Assembly (NCBI GenBank): GCA_021613535.1
Contig: CP075493.1
Location: forward strand, 6,448,001 to 6,512,000
Source: Adineta vaga
Taxonomy: Eukaryota; Animalia; Rotifera
Reading direction: 5' to 3'
Length of the DNA: 64,000 nt
Under the pieces are notes generated by a model that saw only the letters and a list, made by a program, of their open reading frames with translations, had not been told where the DNA came from and did not search any database. Both the position numbers and the translations under genes were made by a program. Within the stretch, counting starts at the first letter, position 1; the number at the start of each line of letters is the position of its first letter. Below, piece by piece: positions 50,890 through 64,000 of this stretch.

Positions 50890-52382
50890 ATGAATACGTA
50901 TGCTAAATTGATTACACGACTACAACCAAATGGTCGTCATTTACTTCAACAACATCAAAAGCAGAGTCTTCCATCTGTAATATTCTTCTTTTTTTTTCTT
51001 CTTATGTCAACCATGGAAAGAGTGTCATTTTATGCTGTTTTAGGTAGTATCTTCTATAAGAAAAGCAAGTAGTTCAGGAACACTTGAATATGATACACCA
51101 AAAGCATATAAACTTCATATGCTTGACCAAGGTCCAAATACTCATGTCTCGTGCAATCGTGAAGAAGGTTTAGATTTCTATAAAAAAATGCAAGTTGTCC
51201 GTCGGATGGAAGCATCTGCTAATAATATGTATAAATCAAAATTGATTCGAGGTTTTTGTCATCTTTACTCGGGACAAGTTCGTATTCGTTTCTCTTTAAA
51301 GTAATGAAATGATTTGATTAATATGTTTTTCAGGAAGCTGTTTGTGTCGGAATGAAGGCATCAATGGATAAAAATGATTCATTGATTACTGCGTATCGTG
51401 CACATGGTTGGACTTATATGATGGGCGTTTCTGTCACTGGTATCTTAGCAGAACTAACAGGTAAAAAAACTGGTTGTGCAGAAGGACGAGGTGGAAGTAT
51501 GCATATGTATGCACCGAATTTCTACGGTGGTAATGGTATTGTTGGAGCTCAAGTTCCGTTAGGCGCTGGTGTATGTATATTAAAAAGACAGAAATGTAAA
51601 ATAAACTTTGATTGATTTTTCTGTAGGTTGCTTTTGCTCATAAATATCGTGGAGAATCGAATGTTTGTATTGCTTTGTACGGAGATGGAGCTGCAAATCA
51701 AGGACAAGTCTTTGAAGCATTTAATATGGCTAAATTATGGTCATTACCATGTATTTTTGTATGTGAAAATAATGGTTATGGCATGGGTACTAGTACAGAA
51801 CGTGCTAGTGCTAATCCAAATTTTTATACTCGATGCGAATATATTCCGGGTATATGGGTTGATGGTATGGATATTCTTGCTGTACGTGAAGCAACAAGAT
51901 TTGCTCGAGATTGGTGTACATCTGGAAAGGGTCCAATGATTATGGAAATGGCAACATATCGTTATTTTGGGCATTCCATGTCTGATCCTGGAACAAGGTA
52001 TTTGAAAGAGACGTGACGTAATCTTATAAGTAGTCTTCTTTCTTTTGTAGCTATCGAACTCGTGAAGAAATTCAAGATGTTCGAAAAAGCCGTGATCCAA
52101 TCACATCATTCAGAGAAAAACTTATTCAAGCCAATTTAGCTACTGATGAAGAATTTAAAGTATTTACTTTTTAATTTTCTCCTTATTAAATTCATTTAAT
52201 AATGTCACTTTTAGAATATTGATAATGAAGTCAAAAAGATCATTGAAGATGCAGAAAATCATGCGCAAAATGATCCCGAATTACATGTTGATGAATTATA
52301 TTCGCATGTGTATTCCAATCCACCTGCCGGATTCAAAATTCGTGGATGTGATAATTTTACATTTAAAGACAAAAGCAAATAA
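50890..52382 (+). CDS. PDHA1: Pyruvate dehydrogenase E1 alpha subunit
   Basis: [30 protein letters not shown]...[16 protein letters not shown] motif [10 protein letters not shown]...[16 protein letters not shown]. Confidence 0.97.
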
Positions 52383-52539
52383 ACATTTCCCTTTTCATTT
52401 ATTTTCTTGAATCTCACACATACATTGTCATTTGTGTTCATTTTATTTATTTTTGCAATTTTCAAGTCATATAAAGCACAGGATAGACAAATTTCCATAT
52501 ATTCTTTAGATTATATATATATATAGAGAGAGAGAGAGA

Positions 52540-53948
52540 ATGACTGAATCAACATCTACTGAACAATCTAAACCATCTACTTCGTCATGGTTCAGTAATT
52601 TTGATTTAACCAATCAATTGACGAATTTAAGCTCATCAATTGTTCAAGCAACAACCAAAGTTGGTGCAGTTGCAAATACTATTGTTCAAAAGTCGTTGCC
52701 ACAACGACCTTCAACACCGAATGAGAATGAAGAACCAAATACTGAATCTAATAAAGATTTAACTAGTAAATGATAGCTTGATTTCATTTTAACGTTATCT
52801 CTATGCTTTCTTTAGGTATTTTAACGGATTTCAGCTCAAGTGTAATAAAAAGTGCTCAACAATTGAAACAAGCTGTTGAACAAAAAACAATTCTGGGACA
52901 TTTTACAAAAGAACACGAGAAATTTCTAACAGAAAAACGCACTCAACAACGTCGGGAAGAATCAGCTGTTCCACCATGGGTTGGTTATAAAGAAGAAGAA
53001 GAAATGAAAAAACAAATCTTAGCTCTTTCACAAGTTTGTTTCAATTTAATTTTCATTCAATCAAATTCATCTGTAAATAATTCTTGTATTTAGGAACAAC
53101 GTATCTTTCTTCGAGATCCACCACCAGGTGCTAATTATCATTTTGACATGATTACTGCGTATCCAATAGCCTTAGCAACTCTTGAAGTTGATGAAAATTT
53201 GAAAAAAATGCGTTTTGAACTTGTTCCAAAAAAGTAAAGTTTTCTCGTTGTGAAGAATGTTGAATATAGATAACAAAATGCACTTTAGAATTACGGAAGA
53301 ATCATTTTGGTGTAATTATTTTTATCGAGTTAGTTTGATCAAACAATCAACTCAATTGAACGCTTTAGCAAATGAAAATAGTAATGTTTCTTCTGATATG
53401 CTTTTTTTTCAACTTTGAATCTATTTTAGCAAATTCCCAAGCAATAAATGAAGCAGATACCTCATCTACTCACGCTGGTAAGTCGAGAACATACTCAAGT
53501 CAGAGCTATTTCCAAATCGGATAAGACTATAGATAAAATGCGAGATTATTTCGTGACGGCAACATATTTTCTCTATTAATTTTGATTCCAGATCGTCGAA
53601 CATCTGAATTAAATGATAAAATGTTTGATGGTAATCAAGATTTTGTTAGTGAAGATTATGATACAACAGATATTAATATGGATGATATTCGTCGTGAAAT
53701 TGAACAATTAAGTATTACAAAGAAAAATTCTACGAAAACAAAATCTAGTAGTCCAGGTAAGATTCGATCATTGTCTAAAAACATTTCTCATCGATTTTTT
53801 TTGTGTAGATTTAGATGAACGAGAATGGGTTAAAGCATTGGATGATGAACTTGAGAATGTTTCAACTGAACAACTTGAAAATGTTTCAGCTGAAGAACTC
53901 GAAGCTCAAATAAATGAAGTTTTATCTGGTAAAACAACATGGGAATAG
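52540..53948 (+). CDS. SYAP1: Synapse-associated protein 1 / Sap47 (BSD domain)
   Basis: VPPWVGY...KKQILALSQ...FLRDPP...MRFELVPK...[18 protein letters not shown]. Confidence 0.88.
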
Positions 53949-54180
53949 ATTTCCATGATTTTAAATTTGATCATTGTAAAGAGATTTTGTTTTGTATACA
54001 GTGAATATGCGAATGAATAACTTCTTCTTTTTTTTTTGTATGTACGTCTATTACAACTATTCTTTTTTTTCTTCGAAAATAAATTTATTATGGTGTCGCT
54101 ATACAAATATATATATATATATATATATATATCTATTTATATCTAATTGGCATGTTTATTATTTTAGACGAAAGATCGAG

Positions 54181-55788
54181 ATGACGAAAAGAAAAGTTGG
54201 TTAGTAATATTTAAAAAATAAATGACTACTGATATGGTATATATTGTGTTTTCGTTTCTTCATCGTAGCAGTAACAATTCGTGATAATGACCTTGCAAGT
54301 GTGTGATTATTTTTCTTCCGTTCTTTTCTCCTTTCATTGAATTTTAGAAGTAAACATGGGAATAAGTCCAAGTGAACTGAATGATGATGAGGGTGAAGAA
54401 GATTTGATTTATTGATCGGATTTATTTCATAATTCAAGTTTTTATCTTTAGAAAAGCAAACTAATGCTAAACGTCGTCGAACTGACAAGAGAAATACACC
54501 GATGACTCATATCGAATACGATTCTTTACAAGAATATGGATATCATTTTAAAAGTAAACCTTGGTTGTATAAATCTCAATGTAATATCAATCTGATTTGA
54601 AATAGATGATAAATTAGTTTCCATAGAATCTAATGAACCCTTCAAATTTGATGTATTTGATGATAAAGAAGAAAATCAAAAACGATATGAAACAATTGGT
54701 AAATTAATTGATAATGCTGTATTTGATCTACTTGAGAGTACATGTAAATTACAACGTGTGACAGTACCGGTAAGTTAAACTATCTGATTTGAACATCAAA
54801 TTGTAATTTATTTGAAAAGATCGATGCCAAACGAAATGAAAAGACCAGTTTCATTTTTGTAAGCAATGATTTATCAACAGCTAAATATTTAATGATCATT
54901 ATTCATGGTACAGGAGTTGTTCGAGCTGGTCAATGGTCTCGAAAGTAAGATATTATTTCGTTTATTTTATGAATTCTATTACTGTTTGATTTCATAGGTT
55001 GATTATCAATGAAGGATTAGAGATTGGTTCTCAAATGGAATACATTCGACGAGCTCGAGCAGCTGGTTATGCTGTTATTGTTACTAATACCAATTTAAAT
55101 GACTTTCAATCATCTCGATCTCTTCGTCGTCATTCAACACATCCTATTCGCGTATAGAAATATTTCACTATTGAAATAAAAAACGATTAAAATATCTTTT
55201 TTTAAAGGGAAGTAGCTCTGCTGAAGAACATGGATGTTACGTATGGGAACATTTTGTTCGTCCAAGTCCTGCCAAACATATTTGTATTATGGCACATTCA
55301 TACGGAGGAGCGGTAGTACTTGAAATGGTTTGCCACAATTCTTTTTTCTTACACCCATCCTTTTGATATCCTTGTTTTTACTTTAGGCTCGTCAATTCCT
55401 CAAAGAATTTGAGCAATATGTTTTTGCTATTGCATTAACTGATTCACCTATGACAGTGTATGGACGACGTGTGAAAAAAAATGTTTTACAAATGTTAAAA
55501 CAAGTATGTTGTGCATTTCCTTGTTTTTAAACGAATAAAATAAAATTATATTTGACTAGAAAACGATCAATTGGGTTACAGATACAGAAAAAACAGATAC
55601 TGTTATAGGCGAAAGTGATTGTTGTCAATTAAGATCTGCAGGTAATTTGAAAGAAGCAAAATAGAAATATGAATCAACTTAACATGCATGATTTAGGACA
55701 TACTATACATGAATGGACATCACATACAGCTATAGATGCAATTTTTAAATATTTTGCTGCTAAACGACAAAAACTTGAACAAAATTAA
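54181..55788 (+). CDS. FAM172A: FAM172A/ARB2A (Arb2 domain)
   Basis: NQKRYETIG...[28 protein letters not shown]...AHSYGG...AIALTDS...SAGHTIHEWTS; the extreme 5' exons are less certain. Confidence 0.88.
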
Positions 55789-55973
55789 GCTTTTATTTCA
55801 ATTGTGATATAGAACATTTGAATGAACGATTTTCCTTTTTTTTTGTGTATTTTGTGATATATACTAATGTAGAATTAGATAACTTTAATGCATATGATTT
55901 ATCGACATAATAATCGTTGGTTTTACTTTTAGATGGTTAAATCAACAAATCGACAATCAAATTTTTTCCTTAG

Positions 55974-58723
55974 GAATTCTTGTCGATTTTGCTTCAGCAA
56001 ATCAATGTGGTTTAGCACCAGGTTTTCAATCACTTTACAGTATTTTACAAGCAACAAAAACTAAAATGGGTGCACGAACATTACGTGCAAATTTAATGGA
56101 ACCTTTAATTGGTAAATATCAATCTTTCGCACTATTTTTTGATTTCTCATTATATACAATTTTTAGATGTTTCTTCAATTCAATATCGACAAGATGCTGT
56201 TGAGAATTTTATTGATGATGAAAAATTGATGTTTCAAGTACAAACTATTCTTTTACATTTTTCTGATGTTGAACGTAGGATCAATTGAACATTGACTTCA
56301 GTTTTTGTAAAGAAGATGTTTACTCCATAGGAATCATTCTGGCGTGTATTCAAGAAAATCCAAGTCGAACTGTACCAGCGGCTGAAAAACGTATTACAAT
56401 GATCAATCAACTTCGACGTATTCTTGATGTTTTACCAACACTTCAACAAGCATTGGAACAATCGACATCTGAACTGTTGAAAAATCTCTGTTCGGTAAAT
56501 TATTTATCTATTTTTCATACAGAAAAAGAGAAGGAAAAACAAGGTTTTGTAGACTTTAAATGATCCACGTTTTCAATTAATGTTGGATATTCTCAATTCA
56601 CAATTAACAACAGAACAAACAGTTTCAAGCAATAGTTTTCTTGGTGCAAAGATTCGACGGATTTTTTCTATGCGAGTAAATTGATGTTCATTCTTAGACA
56701 ATCGATGAAATTGTTGAATTTGTAGAGTGGTTTCGATGAACGATTGGATAGTTTACGTGCTGATGTTATTGTTGTTATCGATGATGTTGAATGTAAGTTT
56801 GATTTAATTACTTGTTCAATTGTTTATTTCTTTCCAATAGCATTGGAAAAAGAATTTTCCGAACGATTTAATATGCCCGTTCGATATAATTTGACAAATG
56901 CTCGTGGCTTTTCATTGGAACTTATTGGTGAATTTAAAGGTGCTCTACCAGCAAATGTTATTTCAGTAGCAAAACGACAAAAGTCAACATTTATTACAAC
57001 ACTTCAATTAGCTCATTTATCGGATCGATTCGAACTATTATACAATGATATATGTCTTTTAACTGATCAGTAAGGAATCGGACTTTCGAATAAAACTATC
57101 TTTTATTATTTTTTTTAGAATTATTCTAATACTTCTTGCTAAAATTCGATCACATTTTGGTTGTATGTATCGTCTTGTCGAAGCTGTTTCAATTATCGAT
57201 ATGTTACAATCATTTGCTGAAGTTTCGAAAGCTCGAGATTATGTTCGGCCAATGTTTGGTGCAAATACGAAAATCAGCAAAGCTCGTCATCCAGTTATTG
57301 ATCTCTTTGGTCAACAAAAACCGATTGCAAATGATATTGAATTATATCCAGAACAAAATATTATTCTTGTTACAGGACCAAATATGAGTGGTAAATCAAC
57401 GTATCTTCGACAAATTGCACTTTTGCAAGTCTTAGCACAGATCGGTAATTCGATTTTTTTGAAAGATAAGTTTAATGAATATTCGTTTTATGTTCATTAT
57501 AAAAGGTTGCTTTGTACCAGCTGAACAAGCGCGATTTCGAATTGTGAGTAGAATGAAATCTTATGTTTTAATTTGTTAAATTTTGTTTGATATTTAGGTT
57601 CACGAAATTTTTTCAAAAATTCGTCATCATGATAATTTATTTACAGGACAATCGACATTCTCGTCTGAAATGCATCATATTGCATTTATTCTAAATTGTA
57701 TGACATCACATTCAATGATTATTCTCGATGAAGTAAATATTCGATTTTCGTACATTAAATTATTCTTCATCTTTTTTCAATTAGATCTGTTCAAGTACAT
57801 CAACCAATGAAGGTATATATAGTATCAAGAATTTAATTATACAAACGTTTGTATATTTTGTTCGATTAGGTTTAGCATTAGCTACAAGTTTAACTGAAAC
57901 ATTATGTCGTACACAAGCATTTGTAGTTATTTCAACACATTTTCAACAATTGACATCGATTGGATATATCTATCGAAATGTTGCTAATTATCATTTTGAT
58001 GTTATTTATAATGAGAAACTTATCAGTGATACAGAAAGTGATTCAACACATCGTTTACGTCGATTTCATCCACAGAATATAATTGATCAATTGAAAGAAC
58101 AAAATACAATCATTTATTCATATACACTTCGACCAGGAATCTGTAAAAATCTTCATTACGGTAAGAATAGAAATATTATTTAAAGGAACGAATGATTTCG
58201 GAAATATTTCTAGGTATTGCTTTAGCATCACAAATTGAAGATTTACAAACAGTGGTGGAATTAGCGAAATGTATAGCAAAATATTACATTCGAAAGAAAG
58301 AGGTAATGTTTCTAGATATAACCAATAATCACTTTCATGTTGCGTCCTCCGTTTTCTTTACACAACTATTTGAGAAGCTGTTAGGATTTCTTTATGTTTT
58401 GAATGGATAATTCTACAATGATCTGTTTTTAGTCAATTATGAATTATATGTCGAGTATTCCAAATTTATTAATGAAACGAGTGATCATTGTGAAAGGTTA
58501 TTGTGATTTAATTTATGATTTCTCAAATAATGCAATGCAATTTGTTGAACAACAACGTGTTTTTCTTGAAAACTTTCAAAAACGAATGCATGAATATTGG
58601 TCAACATCAGCTTCCATAACCACTGCCACAATAACAACAACAACAACATCATCATCACCACATGATGACAGTGATGAAACTAGAATGGAATCAATATCAT
58701 CACCTACAATTGAAAGTTCTTAA
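55974..58723 (+). CDS. MSH4: MutS homolog 4 (meiotic MutS-gamma), apparently lacking the N-terminal connector region
   Basis: SLYSIL...TKTKMGARTLRANLMEPL (domain III start); ARHPV; [46 protein letters not shown]; HYG. The start codon could not be resolved. Confidence 0.78.
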
Positions 58724-61624
58724 AAAGTTTTTGTACATTTATTTTATATCTGATAATAATAGTAGATAAACTAGTGAAATAATAGTAAATATTTGATATT
58801 ATTTATGATGAATAAAAATGATTTATTTTGAAACATAATTTTAGAATTTCTCATCTAATCTAATCAAGTTTATAGTAGTTATAATTGAATCAATTGACTT
58901 ATGGTTGGTGTGCAGATTTTGTATAAAAATAGATTAATTTACGACAATGATGGATTGAATATTCATATGTACTATAAACTTACATGTCATTAAATCTGCA
59001 GTTATCTGTATTTGTTATTACGATACGTATCTTTATGAAATATTCGTATGACTGATTAATGATGAATAGTGAATAGGAAAAACTTGATATTACATGATTT
59101 ACGCAATTATAGTAGGAGTTAATTATGAAATTCTTTTATTAGCATTGTTTGTTCTATTAATACATCAGATTCATCCGAAGTGCGTACCCGTGTTGATACT
59201 TCTAGCAATCTTTCTGAAAATAAACTACACTAATAGACGAATGAATGCCAGTGTATACAGAAAATTATCATACCATGATCTATTTGAATTCTTGTCTAAA
59301 TTTAATTATATAACAATAGTTAATTTGAATTTGAAAAACTTGATACAAGAATCTTGAATATGATGACTCAATATGAGTATATAAATAGATAAATGCACAT
59401 GCACACTTAGAAGTGTGACCTACCGATAGAATACTTGATGATTGATTTGTGTATGTAAGATTGGTAACTCACAAAACAGTTGTGCTTTGTTTTCTATTGA
59501 TAGTGCATATACGATACGAATGTTTGCTCATCCCATATGGTAGAGTTTGACAAAGAATCAAAGAGCACATCGAATTGAATATACATGTTTTAGTTTTAGG
59601 TATCACTATAGAGAATTCAGGACTCAAATTTGAAATATTGTATAACTATTACAAATCAAAGACTTGTAAACAAACTATATAGATAGAAGTTATATGATAT
59701 ATAATTGCATCCTCTTCAATGATACGTTTTGTTATACAAACTTTCTATTCTTATTCATAATATAAAGAGGACTTGAAAATTTATTCTTATACTTGTCTAT
59801 CGACACATATGATAGAAATATCAGATGACATTCTATGCAGTGTCTATTACCTAAATAAAATAGCTTTAGTAGTAGTTATAGATGATATGTGATGGAAATG
59901 AAATATGAACCGAAATATAGTTGCTGTTAGAGAGACATGAGAAGGACAAATGATGTCTATGCTAATAATATCGAAAATGACCCAAGCAATTATCTGATAT
60001 GATTTTCTGTATTTTTTGAATAAACAACACTTTATTGAATATCAACGAATACATAGAAAAACATTTTCCTTTGTCTATCTATGAAATAATCGAACGAATA
60101 TTGCTCTATTTGGAGTGCATTCAATCACGGATCGGTTTTGTCAATCTGTAACCATGATGAATAGTTAATTCATTTTAAATATCGATTTCGTCAAAATATA
60201 CCTTGAAGTTGAATAATTACACTGGATTTCCGGAAGCTTTTTTCACTTCGATAGTTATAGATGAAATAGTCATCTATCCTTCAGAGAAAACTAAACTATC
60301 GTGTTTCGTTAACTAGACCTACTTTTTTATTTATAAATAATCAAAATTCCATTAACTGACTAAATCAATATTTCTTCTATATTCGGAAACAAGTTGGTAT
60401 GTTCTTTAAGTCTTCTTTAATCTCAGTTAGTAAATAACATATGTAATTACGTTCGTTATGCATCATTGTAAATCACTAAACTAAAGTACTTGTTTATTTT
60501 TAATGTTCTCTCTTGATGTATTTAGTGATACAATTCTTCTTTCTCTCTCTTTTTTTTTGTAAAGTGCTATTGTCAAGGTTCTTTTCTTTTTCTTCTTCTT
60601 CGTCTGTCCCTCTTCAAATGCCTTGAGTTATTATCATCATTCTGTTCAACACAATCGTTTATAGAAAGCAATACAGAAAAACTGATAAAGAAATTCTGCA
60701 AGAGCTCGTTTTTTTCCTTCTTCATCATTCTATGTCTTACAGAAATGAATAACCAATCAGACATTATAACAATACGTCTCGAGGATAACACCTTAAATAA
60801 CTAGTCGATTCGCTATTACAGCTTTTGGCAGGGTCAAACGCGATAGTTGATGACTTGATAAGTGCTCTGTAGAGATACATAATCGATGGATGTTTGTTTT
60901 GATTTCTTAACGTTAAAAAACAATCTATTAGGTCTATTTACATCTCACTCATCAGCAGTATTATATATATAAAATAAAGATAGATATGTTCTGCTCTTGA
61001 AATCTTTAATGATATAGTTTGATATTATTATCTATTTAGACAATACAGTATCATTTGGAAAAGCTTGCGTACATATAGATTAATGATTGATTATAACTTG
61101 TAATAGTCAAACAATAGTTCATCGACATAAAACATATATGTATGTGGCCTAATAACTCCTATTTACTATGTAAATACAATTGGCTGGATATTGAGTATGA
61201 ACATCTTACATGATTACGTATGTGTAATATTTGTTTATGAAGCGTGTGATATGAAGAAACTCAATGGGTGGTCTCTAATACTCGTCTGCAACTCATTTAC
61301 ACCTTGACTATTTTTTTTGCCTCTTTTTCTTTTCTGGCATCTCTATACATATAAATAACATCATCATCATTACCGTACTTGAGTTAGAACAACATCGACA
61401 AGAAGCTTTGAGATAGAGAAAAGAAAGGAAGAAAAAACGCAAACGATGGTCAATCAAACACGCGTTTGCCACTTGTGTTGATTCAATTTACAAATCTTTT
61501 CTGTTGGATAAATTGCTTCATCTTTAGCAGACTCATCTCTCGTCAATTATCGTAATATGTCCGTACCTTTTACTCAACACATCCATCTCTCGCACTTGAT
61601 ATCCATCATCACTGTCTGTATATC

Positions 61625-61656
<32 letters not shown>

Positions 61657-62202
61657 GGTTTTCTTTTATTCTATATCTGAAAAACTTCTTTTGTTTCTAT
61701 GTTCCTGTTTCTATACAACGATATTGTACGTACAATGTTTACTGTGGCACCACATGCGAATAGAATCAATGACGAGAGAAGAGAGACAGAGAAGAAAAAG
61801 AAAAGAAGAAATCAACTACTTGTATCGTACGTAATCATTCGTGCTGTTGCAACTAGTAGCAATGTCGTGAGAAATTTTCTTTCTCATTTCTCTCCTGTTC
61901 GTTTAATCATCCATATTATCTTGATTAACCATCCATGTAAGAATTAAAGATAAATGTAATGAACACAAGAGATTTTACTTTTTTTCATTTCACCATTGAC
62001 ACGTGTTCCAATTAACATCTTTTACAATTCTAGTCTCATTTAACTTAATTAGAATGTTCTTTTCCAAGGTCAAAACGATAACGCCTCTCTCTGTCTCTTT
62101 CTCTCTCCATCTCATCCCACTTAGTTTACATGATAAACCTAAGTACCATTAATAGCATATGTTTATTTCAGATTCTAATCATGAGATGAACAATTGAATG
62201 TC

Positions 62203-64000
62203 ATGTTTTTATTTCTATTTATTTATTTTTATCTTCTTCCTTTAACATTATCATCATCATCATCATCAAATACGTATGTTCTATCTGGTATACCAAATAC
62301 TTACATAGCCTTTGATTCTTGGCGTCCATGTTTAACAGGTTACATTCGTTTTGATATACGAACGAATTCAAAAGATGGTACATTAGCTTATATTGATGAT
62401 CGTGGTAAATTTGATTTCTTCTATTTAAAATTAATCGAAGGTAAACTTCGATTGCTATTCAATTTGGGAAGTGATCGACAAGCAATTAATGTAAATATGA
62501 AAATCAATGATGATCAATGGCATACAATATTAATTCGACGTAATGGACAAAGTACAACATTAAGTATTGATAATGGTTTCGTACAAAATTCTACTATTAC
62601 TCATTCGGAAGATTTATATTTTGGTGGTGCTATTTATAATGAATATGAAGCATCACCATTTTATTTCGGAGGTAAAGAAAAATGATCATTGAAGAATGTT
62701 GACAAGAGATATCCGTCGTTTTCTTTTTCACTCGTTGATGTCTGGAGATAGTTGTCTTTTGGAATTATTTTCGGATGAATGAAAATAGATTGATTAGGTT
62801 TCTTTTTTCTACTGGAGAAAATTAGTTTTATTGACAAATAGACAACCTTGATCTATAGTCGATTTCTTCCTATCAAAATCATCAGACTATCGAAATAATT
62901 AGCTTAATTTTTCATCGATATCTCGTCCGATAGATTTCATTCGGAAAGAATTCGATAAGAACATTCTTATTCTATCTAAATAATTTCTTCAAGATCGAAT
63001 AACTTGCATTATTTTTCAGGTATTCCAGCTGTTTTAGAACGGCCAAGTTCAGGAAATCTTTCATCATTTGATGTTTATATGCAACCACGTTTTCGTGGTC
63101 AACTACGAAATATAGTCTATAGAAACTGTACGAATCCAAGTTTAATTCAACCAAATCAAATTGATATATCTGGTGGTGTATCATTAATTCCAAATCAATA
63201 TTGTTCAGAAAAGAATTGTGGTAGTGGAATTTGTTTGATTACTGAAATTAATTATCACTGTTTATGTGATGAAACCAGTTATCAAGGTAGTCATTGTCAA
63301 TACGAACGACCATCGAATGAATTAACATTTCATGGTAAACAATATTTAAAATATGATTTATTACGTTCTATCTCAAGTTTAAATGAAATATTGACATTTG
63401 AATTTAAAACAAATCATTATAATGGTCTTCTTTTTCAATTAATTGATTCACAAATCTATATTAAATTAAAACAAGGACAATTATTCATTGAATATCGTTT
63501 GAATAATAATTCATGGTATGAATCATCAACGAAAGATCTTTTTCTAGTGGATAATCAATGGCATTACGTACAAATTAAACGTAAATCAGGACAACTATCA
63601 ATGTTAATTGATCAATATCAAATACCATTAGAAAATGATTTTTCTATTGATGAAATATTTCATTTTAAAGAGATTTTCATTGGTGGAAATAATAATTTTC
63701 ATTTCGAAAAATTCTATGGTTGTTTAAAAGATATTTCAATAACATGGAATGAAAATTTTACAATTGATTTAAATAAATCTTCAACAAATTTTCATGAATA
63801 TGGTTTTATACGTAATAAAAATTGTAAATCATTAATTAATCCGATTCAATTTCTTAGTTCATCATCCTATATATCATTACAATTAAAAAATCTTACACAA
63901 CAAATCAATATTTCATTTCGTTTTGAAACATATTCATCGGATTGTATACTTTTCTATGGTCAATCGAATCAACATTTTCTTGGTTTAGATCTTCTCGATG
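62203..64000 (+). CDS. Neurexin-like protein (signal peptide, LamG-EGF-LamG...), 3' end outside window
   Basis: Hydrophobic leader; LamG FDIRTNSKDGTLAYIDDRGKFDFFYLKLIEGKLRLLFNLG...INDDQWH; EGF C...CLCDETSYQGSHC; second LamG FEFKT...GLLF...DNQWH...FYGCL. Confidence 0.85.

Noticed and set aside
51744-52100. 118-aa minus-strand ORF
   Set aside because: Antisense to well-supported PDHA1 exons.
58724-62160. Short ORFs between MSH4 and the neurexin-like gene
   Set aside because: Low-complexity, microsatellite-driven ORFs with no motifs; best read as upstream/regulatory and 5' UTR-intron sequence.

Overview
AT-rich eukaryotic genomic DNA with many short (~50-60 nt) GT-AG introns. The gene content is metazoan (Distal-less, basigin, neurexin, Rubicon) mixed with plant-type genes, which best fits a bdelloid rotifer (inference). 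The window has two compartments. (1) Accessory island, 1-21.1 kb. It holds two tandem copies of a plant-type PLS-class PPR-E-DYW (RNA cytidine deaminase-type) gene. Their PPR arrays are built from symmetric 297-nt phase-1 exons, each exactly one P-L-S repeat period (99 aa) long. The arrays differ between the copies, while the E/DYW halves are almost identical and share one in-frame TAG just before the catalytic core. The island also has a decayed NACHT NTPase gene, an F-box/LRR gene with one LRR per exon, other gene relics and MITE-like elements. (2) Compact core region, 21.8-64 kb: DCP2, FUOM, RUBCN (with a nested antisense gene for an amidated peptide precursor), a two-pore K+ channel with three candidate first exons, NOP58 (hosting a U31/snR67-type C/D snoRNA), Distal-less, an unknown low-complexity gene, KLHL10, basigin, PDHA1, SYAP1, FAM172A, an apparently 5'-truncated MSH4 and the start of a neurexin-like gene. 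All exon structures were read by hand, and gene names come from recalled family motifs, not database searches.
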